A stretch of DNA of 32,389 nt from Octopus bimaculoides (taxonomy: Eukaryota): positions 32,009,279-32,041,667 of the forward strand of contig NC_068998.1 of the NCBI RefSeq assembly GCF_001194135.2, in the 5' to 3' direction. The notes beneath the pieces are model-generated. The model was not told the DNA's origin. It did no database searches and worked only from the letters and a program-made list of their open reading frames with translations. Position 1 is the first letter of the stretch. Every line of letters starts with the position of its first letter. Shown in pieces: positions 1 through 10,645 of this stretch. Made by a program: the position numbers and the translations under genes.

Positions 1-42
1 TATACATACATACATACATACATATATATATATTTATATTTA
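1..42. repeat. (TACA)n/(TA)n microsatellite
   Basis: Direct reading: tatacatacatacatacatacatatatatatatt. Confidence 0.9.
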
Positions 43-46
43 TAAT

Positions 47-336
47 CTTTTACTTGTTTCAGTCATTTGACTGCAGCCATGATGAGGCACTGCTTAGAAG
101 GGTTTTAGTCAGACAAGTCAACACCAGAACTTTTTTTTAAAATCTGGTACTTATTCTATTGTTCTCTTTTGCCAAACTGCTAAGTTGCGGGGATGTAAAC
201 ATATCAGCACTGGTTGAAAAGCACTAGTGGGTGGCATGCGTGCACACACACACACACACAAACACATACGATGGGCTTCTTTCAGTTTCTGTTTACCAAA
301 TCCACTCACAAGGCTTTGGTCCGCCCAAGGCTACAG
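47..336 (-). mobile_element. SINE family A copy lacking its tRNA head
   Basis: Reverse complement aligns by eye to the body and tail of the copy at 5343-5752 (ccttgtgagtggatttggta-acagaaactgaaagaagcc, internal (TG)n, tail cagtcaaatgactgaaacaagtaaa). Confidence 0.85.
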
Positions 337-447
337 CTTCTTATGTAGGCTACACCTGTGCCTCTATATATACAAACACAAGTGTTAGGAGGCATAAGGA
401 ATTATTTTGGTAGTATTTCAGAATGAAATATTTGTGACGAAGAAACC

Positions 448-575
448 TTAAACCTTTAGCATTTAAACTGCCAGATCTGAACTCTCAAACCTACCCTACA
501 ATGTCATTCTCAAAATATACAGTCACATCATTGAAATCTCAATACAACATGAATAAATAAGTATAAAACTTTACA
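448..575 (+). mobile_element. Possible left-end remnant of a piggyBac-like MITE
   Basis: Begins TTAA-acctttagcattt, resembling a TTAA-CCCTTTAGCATT terminus. The interior (ccagatc...cctaccctacaatgtcattct) matches an abundant octopus MITE recalled from memory. No right TIR found. Confidence 0.4.
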
Positions 576-584
576 GGCTTGTCC

Positions 585-858
585 TGTCAGGTAGCAGTGC
601 CACATAAAAAGCATCCATGCTGGTGGTGTGTTAATGCACCCATGCTGGTGCTGCATAAATATACCCATGTCAGTGGCATGTAAAAAGCACCCAGCATACT
701 CTGTAAAGTGGTTGATGTTAGGAATAGCATCCACCCATAGAATCCATGCTAAATCAGGCTGGAGCCTGGTGCAGCTCTATAGCTTGCTAGCTCTGGTCAA
801 ACTGGCCAACCTATGCAAGTATGGACAACAAACATTAAATGATGATGATGATGATGAT
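585..858 (+). mobile_element. 3' UTR fragment of the RTE LINE family seen at 29631-30877
   Basis: Shares gtggttgatgttaggaa..gcatcca and the terminal aacc-atgc-agcatgga...taaat(GAT)n with 30722-30876. (GAT)n tail at 841-858. Confidence 0.85.
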
Positions 859-1003
859 TGTGTGTGGTGGGTGGGTGTGTGTGCATGTATATATATATAA
901 ATTAAAACAGTAGGGTAAAAAATTGGATATTAATTAATATCAATTTAATACCAGGGAACAAGCACATTAAAAGAATCAAGGAGATTCAGAAAAAAGTCCA
1001 CAT

Positions 1004-1042
1004 NNNNNNNNNNNNNNNNNNNNNNNNNNNNNNNNNNNNNNN

Positions 1043-1084
<42 letters not shown>
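1004..1084. repeat. Assembly gap (N 1004-1042) followed by (AC)n
   Basis: Direct reading. Confidence 0.95.
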
Positions 1085-1086
<2 letters not shown>

Positions 1087-1089
<3 letters not shown>

Positions 1090-1841
1090 ATTCAGCCCTT
1101 CCACTTTGTGCCAAAATAGGTTACACTAGAAATGAACTTAAAAACAATTCAGCCCTTCCACTCGGTGCCAAAATAGGATACGCCAGAAATGGACTTGCAT
1201 GCATCCAGAGTAAGTGCAGCAGGACAGAGGACAAGGTGACCCACACCACACACTTTCTAGAGGTATTGAAAACCAACGGGTACCCTATATCCATTGTAAA
1301 TCAGCTTAAGTACTCAAGACGACAAACACGCCGAACACACATAAAACCCAGCAGCACATGCTTCCTTAAAATACCCCATTTTAGCGAGAGGATAACTACA
1401 ACCATCTGAAGAGCCATAAGAAGAGAAGGATTAGACATACAACTAGCCCACTCTGGCCCCTCTCTGAGAGGACACCTCGCAAAGAAACGAGCAAGAGACA
1501 GCAATCAATGCACATTAACAAATTGTCCTATCCGTGACACAGATTTATGCCAATGGGTAAATGTTGTGTATAAAATACAATGTAACAAATGCAACAAGTT
1601 CTATGTGGGAAGCACAACAAGACCGTTACACGTCCGCATCAAAGAACATCTGAACACACGAGCCTCCTCCTTCAGAAAACATCTAGACAGGTGCCGGAAC
1701 ACCAACAAAAGCATAACAGTCATAATTGAGGCCAATGAAAGAAATTTGGGAAATCTAAGAATTAAGGAAGCTACCCTCATAGACAGACCAGGGCCCCAAA
1801 TTAACAGCAGGCTGGAGGTTGGCAATCATTATATTATTTAG
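1087..1841 (+). pseudogene. 5'-truncated Penelope-like element: RT thumb, Cys-rich linker and GIY-YIG endonuclease
   Basis: One frame reads NSALPLGAKIGY...KCS...LKTNGYP...FLKIPHF...(TGA at 1407)...CTLTNCPIRDTDLCQWVNVVYKIQCNKCNKFYVGSTTRPLHVRIKEH. NGYP and VVYxIxC..C...YVGxT.R.L..RI.EH are established PLE signatures. Confidence 0.9.
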
Positions 1842-3019
1842 CTACATCTGTATGCTTGTAAGTTCATTTCTGATAACATGTTCATGTATTATAAAAAAAA
1901 AAAAAGAAACTGCACATATAATACATAACTTAGCAGCAGTACCGTGGATGTGTCACCACACATGAACTTGAAACATGGCCGCCCTCTCACACTTCTCATG
2001 AGGAATTCTAGAAGGAGCTTTGTGAGACCACTGCAGAGATACTTCCGAAAAAAAAAAAAATTCAGTAACTGTTGGAAAACCGATTATAGCAGTGACTCGA
2101 TCAATTCCGAGTGATACCTCAAGAAGGAATTTTTTTATATTCTGAAATATAATATCAGACTAGTTATTATAGTTCACTCTACATTGTTGTGCCATTCATG
2201 ACATGTTATATTTCACAAACAATACACAATGCTTCAAGCGAACTACAATACTCTCATATATGTAACTGAAATTTTCAAGGCAATGCTACTAATACTACTT
2301 CTGATTTTTGTTAAATATTTTAATTTTTAAAAATAAAGTAATATATATAACAAACTGATCTTAAAAAATAGACTGAATGCAAGAACGTTTTAAAAAAGCT
2401 TTACTATATAAAGATAAAATTTTGAATCTATTGAAGGTTTATTCACCTTTACCTTAAAGATAAAAGTGAATAAACTTTCAATAGATTCCAAATTTTAGAA
2501 ACAGTATTTTCTAATTATTGATATACTTTTATATAGGTATTTTGTTACTGTTCTTTTTCGATTAACTTTGTTATTAGAAAATTGGTATTCAGGCGTTCAG
2601 GCTGGAAATCTATTATACTGTTAGAAAAGGAGATATCAAACATAAAGACTGCCAAAGTGATTATGATTATGCCAGTTTTTGCATTTGAAAATAAATTTTG
2701 AATATTTGTGTGGATTCTATTATGATAATGGACAGGCAGATTTTTTATCTTGATGTATTTGTTCTGGCTTTTTATGTTCTGAGTTCAAATCTTGCTAGGG
2801 TCAACTTTTCTTTTTACTTTTTTAGCATCAGTGAAATAAAGTACCAGCCAAGTACTAAGGTTGATTTAATTGGCTGCCAATTTGTATCAACTTGCAGTAG
2901 GGTAGCATGGAAAGGTAGAATGGGCTTCAATGGCATGTGAAGTAACCAATTATAGCTGTAACATCCCATATAACACAACAAATATTCACATCTACACACC
3001 TTTATCATTTTATCATACA

Positions 3020-3368
3020 CATCATCATCATCATCATCTAGCATTTGTTTTTCATGCTGGCAAGGGGTAGACAGTTTGACTAGAATTGGTAAACCAGAGA
3101 GCTGTATCAGGCTCCAGTTTGGTTTGGTTTGGTTTCTACAATTGGATGCCACTCCGCAGAGGGTAATGGGTGCCTTTTACATGTCACTGGCATGGGTGTC
3201 TTTTATGTGCCACTGTCACAGTTGCCTTTTACATGTAACCAGCACTGGCCATGACTACAATTTCACTTGGCTTGATGTGTATTCCCATGCACAGCAAATT
3301 GCTTAAGGTCTTGATCACTTGTTATCACCTCCATGAGGCTCAACATCTGAAGATCATGCTTCAACACC
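3020..3368 (-). mobile_element. 3' end of RTE LINE (last codons, 3' UTR, (GAT)n tail)
   Basis: Minus strand reads VLKHDLQMLSLMEVITSDQDL..., homologous to KKHDLRTLGVMQGMTSD at about 30345-30395. The same UTR follows, with (CAT)n at 3020-3038 on the plus strand. Confidence 0.85.
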
Positions 3369-3462
3369 TTGGAAATCTCTTTATAAAAAAAGATAACATA
3401 AAAGAAAGAAGTAACAGTGTCATACATACATATGTGTGTAAGTAATAGAAAGCAACTCTTAC

Positions 3463-3521
3463 CTTCTCATCAAATGATGAGTTTAGAAATGTCATGTTTG
3501 CCAAATAAGTACCATGTAAGT
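3463..3521 (-). CDS. Candidate internal coding exon (59 nt) of an unidentified host gene
   Basis: Minus strand ttcattaattttcttgcag|ACTTAC...GAGAAG|gtaaga. Only one frame is open (phase 1 to 0): xLHGTYLANMTFLNSSFDEK. No homology could be tested. Confidence 0.55.
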
Positions 3522-4456
3522 CTGCAAGAAAATTAATGAAATTATTATTTTTGTAGCAAGAATTTTTTTGTATTTTTTTTTCCTGAAATATATATATCTA
3601 AATCAACATTTTATGGTTTTCAGACTAGGCACCTTTTCCATGTAAATGATGTTAAGGAATAAATCAATGAGTTTAAACACTGGTAATTCTGTATCACCTT
3701 CTCTGATATTTTATGATGATCTTGTTTTTAGCATGGAAATAGAATGACATAAAGAATCTCCTCTTACTAACAATGCCAACATAAAAGAAAAACTACAGAA
3801 ATGCTGAATTTACAAAAACTGTGCATGGAAATTGCTTTAAATATATTATTATTTTACAAATATTAAAGTAACTTCCATAAAGCGGAGTTAAGCTCATTGT
3901 GAGTAGTTTTATTGCAGACTGACGCTCTTTTATTAAAATATTTTGTCAATGTTTTATCAAAACAACAGTGATGAATATATCAAATTCTCAGTTAAAAGGC
4001 CAAAAGAAAGCAATATTTTGCAATTATTACAGTTTTATGCCATTAAAATGTTATTGGAGATATTTTAATGCAAATAACTGCTTGCTATATCTCAGCATTC
4101 TTTAAAACCTGCTGGTATTGCAACAGAATATTGGGGCAAGTGTAAGAATACCAAATTAGTTACTTGACAATATCTAGCTTATTTCTCTTATTTCTGTATT
4201 AAATCATGTGAGATTAGTCTTTCCCTTTCTTCACCCAACAGGTTAATAAATAGGTACAAGCAGTATATATATTACATACATACATACATAAAAGATAAAT
4301 GAAATTTTCGTCAGGGTAACTCAGATTGATAGGTATGCATTCTTAGTGCTCAAATAGGTGTACTACTAAAAATTCCACTTTGAACAGTAGTCAAAAATAT
4401 GGTATGTGACTGTGTTGTTCAAAGTGGCTAGAAGTGGCTTTGCCATGAGGAAGTAA

Positions 4457-4548
4457 GTATAGGTTAAAGTAGTGAGGAAAAGCAAACAAATAGGCAAGAC
4501 TTGACAAGGACATAATTGTTTGCCTTTCCTCACTACTTTAACCTATAC
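4457..4548. repeat. Inverted repeat, 33-bp arms (32/33), 26-nt spacer
   Basis: 4457-4489 gtataggttaaagtagtgaggaaaagcaaacaa pairs with 4516-4548. The single mismatch is 4481/4524. Confidence 0.95.
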
Positions 4549-4874
4549 ATACATATAAAAGTATTTACTATAAAATTTTTTTTTTAATGTGAATGTCTTC
4601 AAAGACTCATGAATTCTATTAAAGCCAATGCTTAGCTCAGTATTGAGGAATATGAAACAAATATTTTCTTGCATACTTTCTATCTTAGATGATATTCATT
4701 CATTATTTGTTATACTTTTAACATCAGGGTAAACTGATGAAAAACAATTTAAATGCTGTGTACAAATGTATACATATATATGCTTATATAAATATACATA
4801 GAACCCCTACAGTGGATTTGAATGCTTTGACCTAGTTACTTAATACTATGATTTGCTCCAAATAGCTAAAATGC

Positions 4875-5113
4875 TGCAGTAGTCACCATGAGAGAAACTC
4901 TCATGTTGGCTTTTGGTGCAAAATGTACTCCTGTTTATATCACTAGCAGTTGAGTGTCTGTCATTGACAAGATCAAGGAAAGTCGAAATCATGTGATCTG
5001 GTGGTCTTAGCACTGAAGGTGGTAGGGATTAGTCTCCCTGCTAGTGATATAAATAAGAGTGCATTTTACACCAAAAGCCAATATGAGAGATTCTTCTCGT
5101 AGTAACTACTGCA
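4875..5113. mobile_element. MITE-like element with about 75-bp inverted repeats
   Basis: 4875-4949 vs the reverse complement of 5038-5113: about 65/75 identical, 88-nt spacer. No clear TSD, so the MITE label is inference while the IR is direct. Confidence 0.65.
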
Positions 5114-5342
5114 ATATAGTTTGTTCCAGCAGCACATCTACATTTAAGTGGGGATGAATATTACCTCTGTCACTAATAAATATTTATTAACAAACTAAAA
5201 TACTATGCTTTCTTTACATAATAACCTATGTACTTCTAAGCAGAAGTAATGATTACAGAATAGAATGGACTTTTGCAAGAAACATAGCATGCACAATAAA
5301 AGAGCATCATAATTATAAGTACATTTCAATATCATTTCAATA

Positions 5343-5752
5343 GGCATAGGAGTGGCTGTATGGTAAGTAGCTTGCTTGCGAACCACGTGATTCCAGGCTC
5401 AGTCCCACTGCGTGGCACCTTGGGCAAGTGTCTTCTACTATAGTCTTGGGCCAACCAAAGCCTTGTGAGTGGATTTGGTAGACGGAAACTGAAAGAAGCC
5501 TGTCGTATATATGTATATATATGTGTATGTGTGCGTATATGTTTGTGTGTCTGTGTTTGTCCCCCCAAGATCGCTTGATAACCGATGCTGGTGTGTTTAC
5601 ATCCCTGTAACTTAGCAGTTCGGCAAAAGAGACCAATAGAATAAATACTAGGCTTACAAAGAATAAGTCCTGCGGTCGATTTGCTTGACTATAGGCAGTG
5701 CTCCAGCATGGCTGCAGTCAAATGACTGAAACAAGTGAAAGAGTAAAAAGAG
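5343..5752 (+). mobile_element. Full-length tRNA-derived SINE, family A (CORE-like)
   Basis: A-box-like gtggctgtatggtaag, B-box-like ggctcagtccc, MIR/CORE-like accttgggcaagt, internal TA/TG tract. Degenerate 13-bp TSD tatcatttcaata (5330-5342) / tatcactttgata (5753-5765), 10/13. Confidence 0.9.
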
Positions 5753-6007
5753 TATCACTTTGATAAATTAAAAATATTTTAGCTAATCACTGTCTTATAC
5801 TTGCTAATTTCATAAACACGTAATTTAGAATTCATTAACACATAATAATAATATTGAAATTTTCACATTGAAGATACTCTGGAATCGATTTAAAGAAAAG
5901 ATGTGTTGATATGATTTATAAATTTTGCTATGAATTTAATTCATTTGCTTTAATCCCTACAATCTGTAGGAAAGTGGGCAGTGAATCAATGAGAACACAA
6001 AAGCACT

Positions 6008-6040
6008 AATAATAATTATAATTCATGCTGCTACCACTGC

Positions 6041-6082
<42 letters not shown>

Positions 6083-6266
6083 TAATAATAATAATAGTAG
6101 TAGTAATAATAATAATGATAATAATAATAATAGTAGTAGTAATAATAATAATAATAATAATGATAATAATAGTAGTAGTAGTAATAATAATAATAATAAT
6201 AATGATGATGATGATGATGATAATGATAATAATAATAAGAGGAATGAGAATAATGATAATAATAAT
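6008..6266. repeat. Compound (AAT)n microsatellite with AGT and GAT variants
   Basis: Direct reading. Source of the poly-Ile, poly-Leu and poly-Tyr ORFs. Confidence 0.95.
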
Positions 6267-7440
6267 GGTTCCAAATTTTTGGCACAAGGCCTGCAAAAAA
6301 AGAAACTTCATGAATTAAAATGTGGAAATAAATAAAATATGAATATATGGCAAATGAAAATGCTTTCTGGCTAAAGGAACATCTTTTTCCAAAGCAGTAC
6401 ATAATTGAATTTTCTTTAATTCTTTCAGGATTTGGCCAAATATAATTAAGTGCATTTTTTAAATTTTAGAATATTTCATTAGGCTTCTTTATGTAATTAA
6501 ATCATCGCTTATTTGTTTGTAAGTGTTTGTATTGCAATTCATACCTTGTGGTGTAAACCAGAATTAGGAGAGATACTAATTCATGTTGATATGGATGAAG
6601 AATAAATTGTGAAAATTCTCTCCTTGAAAAGTGCATTGGTACTTGTGTGATAACAACAATATGATCATGAGTTGTGAAGAAGAGAACAAATAAGCTTTAG
6701 TTAATCATATAATAAAGACACGAGCATCTGTTCAATATTAAATATTTATTTCTATAAATTTAAGTAATCCAGGAATATGGATGGGAAAAGTAAAAGATAG
6801 CCAAATAGAAAGGTACCACTTCTGGCAGAAATATGATGTCATGTAAACAAAACTATTTATTCACTAATAAATAGTTTAACTACAATTTTATCTAAAGAGT
6901 GAGCAATTCTTATAAGAGAATGTTAGTGATATTCTAGGTAATTAGGAAATGATTTTGTTGTTCTTTTTGTCAAGTTATATACATCATCATTGTCATTTAA
7001 CTTCTGCTTTTCTGTTGTAGTATGGATTGGGTGGGTCTTACAATATTTTGTCACTTTAGAGACTGCAGAAACCAGCCATCATTGTTGTTGGTTGTAGCTT
7101 TGCCAATGGCAGAACTAAAGAATCCTAAACTGTTCTGTGAAACATGCAGTGTTATTGGCTCGTAAAAAGTTAATAGAACCGTTCCAAATTGCATAAATTG
7201 TTTCTGCTTCACTACATGATGTGAGATCAAAAACAAAAGTTGACATTTCTATCAGCTGCATATTCATGTGAAGTATAGCAACAGCAATTAAAAGTTTGGA
7301 TCTTGCAATTTTGACTAGTTATATCTTAGCTGTTATCAGATAATACTTATCAATAAAAAGAAAAGAGCAAAAGAGCATTTTACCACCTTATAGATGTTAT
7401 GCAACATCTATACCCTCAAACACTGAAAATGACATAAGAA

Positions 7441-8045
7441 ATGTTTTACAGTATTAAGTATGATAAGTTCTGATATTTAAGACATAAATTTCAAAGTTCT
7501 TTCATTGAAAGTTGATATTTTAACAGGATGCTTGCATCTGGCAAATTTCAATTTTGGTTCTGTAGCTGACTTGTTGAATGCAGGTGTCAGAACTAGTGCC
7601 CCTGGTCATGACTCTTGGTAATCCACACGATGATTGATGTGGTATGAGTTTCTGGAGTGATCCATAATCATGACTAGTCTTTCGATAGCTCAGTATAATC
7701 ATCAGTGTGAGTCACATCTATTGATGATTGCAGTATTTCTCTGACTGAACTGGTTGACCCTGGCCATTGATCTGTTTTGGATTTCTGTGTCCAGCATCTT
7801 GTGCATCTTATTGTTGACTAGGTTGACAGTTCTTCCACCAAGGTTTCACACCTGCTATACTGCTCCCCATGCAGGTAACCAGAGCCCTGTTTGCCAGTTA
7901 GGGTTCAGCATCAAACTGCCTGTCTTGGGTTGCCCTGCCAGATTACTGGAGGTGATCTTCCTGTCTATGGCCAGAGCAGGCAAAAGTCTCCTTCATCGGA
8001 TAGTATTGCTTAATGAATTAATCCCAGACTGTTGTCATCACCACA
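7441..8045 (-). mobile_element. Inverted 5' portion of an RTE LINE (5' UTR and start of the APE endonuclease)
   Basis: Minus strand reads ...FNKSATEPKLKFARCKHPVKISTFNERTLKFMS*ISELIILNTVKH. KISTFNERTL (7521-7492) matches APE motif I (xIxTxNVRTL). Homology stops at about 7441. Confidence 0.75.
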
Positions 8046-9451
8046 TGAACTATGATGAGGTGTTGGAATTTGTGCAACTCTGTATATCATCAAAGTGAGA
8101 TAAAAGTCTGGACAAAAGGATGTATTCTACCTTTCCCCAAAAAAGGGGATCTGGGCCTTGCAATAAACTACACAGGAATTACATTAATACCAGTTGCAGC
8201 AAAGGTTTACAATGCATTTCTACTCAATCGAATCCAACCTCAAATTGAAAGAGTTCTTAGGAAAAATCAAAATGGATTCAGGAGGAGCTGCTCTACATCT
8301 GGTCAAATTCTCACAGTTAGGAGGACGTTAGAAGGAGTACAAGCCAAAAACCATAACGCAGTTCTGTTCTTTGTTAATTTCTCCAAGGCCTTTGACTCTG
8401 TACACAGGGATAAGGTGGCAGAAATCCTTAGAGCATATGGAATCCTTGATGAAACAATAAAGGCAGTAATGATGCTGTATAAAAACATCCGAGTGAAAGT
8501 GCAGTCACCAGACAGAGATACTGACTTCTTCGATGTTTGTGCAGGAGTACTGCAGGGTGACACACTAGCTCCTTGCTTGTTCATCTTGTGCCTCAATTAT
8601 GTATTGCATACCTCAGTAGTTCAACACAATGTTCTGGGTTTCACTTTACAGAAGTCTAGAAGCAGAAGATATCTGTTCACCAACTAGACTGACGCCAATT
8701 ATGCTGATGACATAGCGCTCTTCACATGCAACACAAAAAAATGCTGAACATTTACTCCATCTCCTGGAAAATGCAGCTGCTAACATTGGGCTCTATGTAA
8801 ATGAAAAGAAGACAGAGTTTATCACCCTGAACACAACAAGTGAAATCAAGACCATCAAACAAAAGCCCTTGAAAAATGTCAACAAGTTTACTTATCTAGG
8901 CAGCAATATCACATCCACTGAAAAATATATTAAATCTCATATTGCTAAGACTTGGGCAGCTATAGACAGTCTTAGGACAATATGGAAGTCAATGCTACCA
9001 GATAAATTGAAGAGACAGTTCTTCAGAGCAGTTGTTGAATCTGTGCTTGTATAGGGATCTCTGACTTGGACTCTCAACCAAGAAACTCAGGTGCATGCTG
9101 GATGGTGCCTACACCAGAATGTTATGTGCAGTTCTCAAAGTCTCTTGGAGGGAGCACCCAACAAAACAACGATTATATGGGAATGTACTAACTTTCTCAT
9201 CAACCATCCAAGAGCAGAGATTGAGGTTTGCTGGCCACTACTGGAGAAGTAAAGAAGAACTTGTGAGTAATGTGTTGCTGTGGACACCAAATCCTGGTAC
9301 CACAGCTGCTGGAAGGCCATGGAAGATGTATACACAACGGCTTGCAGAAGATGTTGGATGCCAAATTGAAGACCTAAAAGCACTAATGGAAGATCGGAGT
9401 GATGGAGAGAGGTAGTCAGGCTGGCCAGGGCAATCAGCCTGACTGGATGAT
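8046..9451 (+). pseudogene. RTE-clade LINE, RT domain to 3' end, decayed
   Basis: PFPKKGDL, NYTGITL, NQNGFR, NFSKAFDSV, GVLQGDTLAP, YADD (8700-8711), FTYLGS, RLRFAGH, GRP motifs, with several stops and frameshifts. Short tgatg tail near 9447-9451. Confidence 0.95.
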
Positions 9452-10156
9452 GCCTCAATAAAAAAAAAATACAATAAAATAAATATTGGTGTTGCTAAAT
9501 CATAATTAGCTTAAAAGTAGATTAAATAAAAAAAAAGAGGTCTTTTCTTAACTTGAGTGACATTCTAAGTAGTTAACACTATGTTGTACATATTTTTAAA
9601 ATAGCAAACAACCAAATTTTTGTACAATTTTATTTTTATTTATTCAACTCCACAGTATCTGATCTAAAACTTAGATAATTCTATTAACCATGTGAAACAC
9701 TGAGCAGATATTGCCAAAACACTGCCTTTTCTGAAGTTACTTCTGAAGTTTATTTGTGTATTTGCGTAAGATATTGTTTATTTCTTTACAGAATTATTTT
9801 GTGTTATCCTTATCAGTTAGCATTTAGATATAGTCAATAATAGTATAAAGGACAAGATAGAGTTAAGGCAACTCCATGAATTAGAATGTTGCTTTAAATC
9901 CACCTTTTTAAGGGAATATGCATATTCAATTAGGTCAACCCCAAAATACAACTAAATTATCTGATCACATACATCATAAATAGATAAATCATTTGCACAA
10001 CATTTGAAATTAAAAAATGAAGGGGAACAGAACAATGTAAAATTTTTGTCATCGCCCAATTTTTAATTAATTACCAATATGAACATATAACTTTAAATTT
10101 AATTTATTTGCCATTGACATTGGGTATAGTGAGCTTTTAGTGTGTGTGTATCTATA

Positions 10157-10371
10157 TGTTGGTTTGTCAGATAAACTGGTTAATTTTTTCATTTATTTTA
10201 ATCTTTGCTTTCCATCAACAATTTTAACAAATCAATCAATATTTTATACTCCTTCATTGCTCATGACATCTTGCCAAAGGTCTGCTTGCTTGTCAATGTC
10301 TTGATGGTAGAAATCCCGAAGTATTGACTTAAGAAATTCGTGGAACCACACTTTCAACTCCACATCATTGT

Positions 10372-10376
<5 letters not shown>
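10157..10376 (-). mobile_element. Mariner transposase C-terminus and right terminal repeat remnant
   Basis: Open minus-strand frame YNNDVELKVWFHEFLKSILRDFYHQDIDKQADLWQDVMSNEG fits the mariner C-terminal pattern (FY..GI..L..RW..V...G.Y). TA at 10155-10156 is followed by TIR-like tgttggtttgtcag. Confidence 0.7.
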
Positions 10377-10438
<62 letters not shown>

Positions 10439-10468
10439 TCTCCCCCTCCCCCTCTCTCTTTCTCTCTC
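10377..10468. repeat. (TC)n microsatellite
   Basis: Direct reading. Confidence 0.95.
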
Positions 10469-10537
10469 GTTCTATCACACTGCATTTTTCTGAAATAGTG
10501 CCTTCAGATTATCACTTTTTTTTAGTCACTCTCCAAC
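10469..10537 (+). mobile_element. Mariner third-aspartate motif fragment
   Basis: Plus strand VLSH-(fs)-HFSEIVPSDYHFF-(fs)-SLSN vs consensus VLxHPPYSPDLAPSDYHLFRSLxN. Confidence 0.65.
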
Positions 10538-10569
10538 AGGCTGTGTGAGTGTGTATGTATATGAAAGAA

Positions 10570-10576
10570 AGAGAGG

Positions 10577-10608
<32 letters not shown>

Positions 10609-10645
10609 GAGAGAGAGGAGAGAGAGAGAGAGAGGAGAGAGAGAG
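10570..10645. repeat. (GA)n microsatellite
   Basis: Direct reading. Confidence 0.95.

Noticed and set aside
921-945. 16-bp perfect palindrome gatattaattaatatc
   Set aside because: Nearly pure A/T, so plausible by chance in this composition.
1930-2130. Hammerhead ribozyme expected downstream of the Penelope ORF
   Set aside because: Only ctcatgag...ccgaaa was seen. No intact CUGANGA/GAAA core with closing stems could be built on either strand.
6006-6402. Poly-Ile, poly-Leu and poly-Tyr ORFs
   Set aside because: Translations of the (AAT)n microsatellite.
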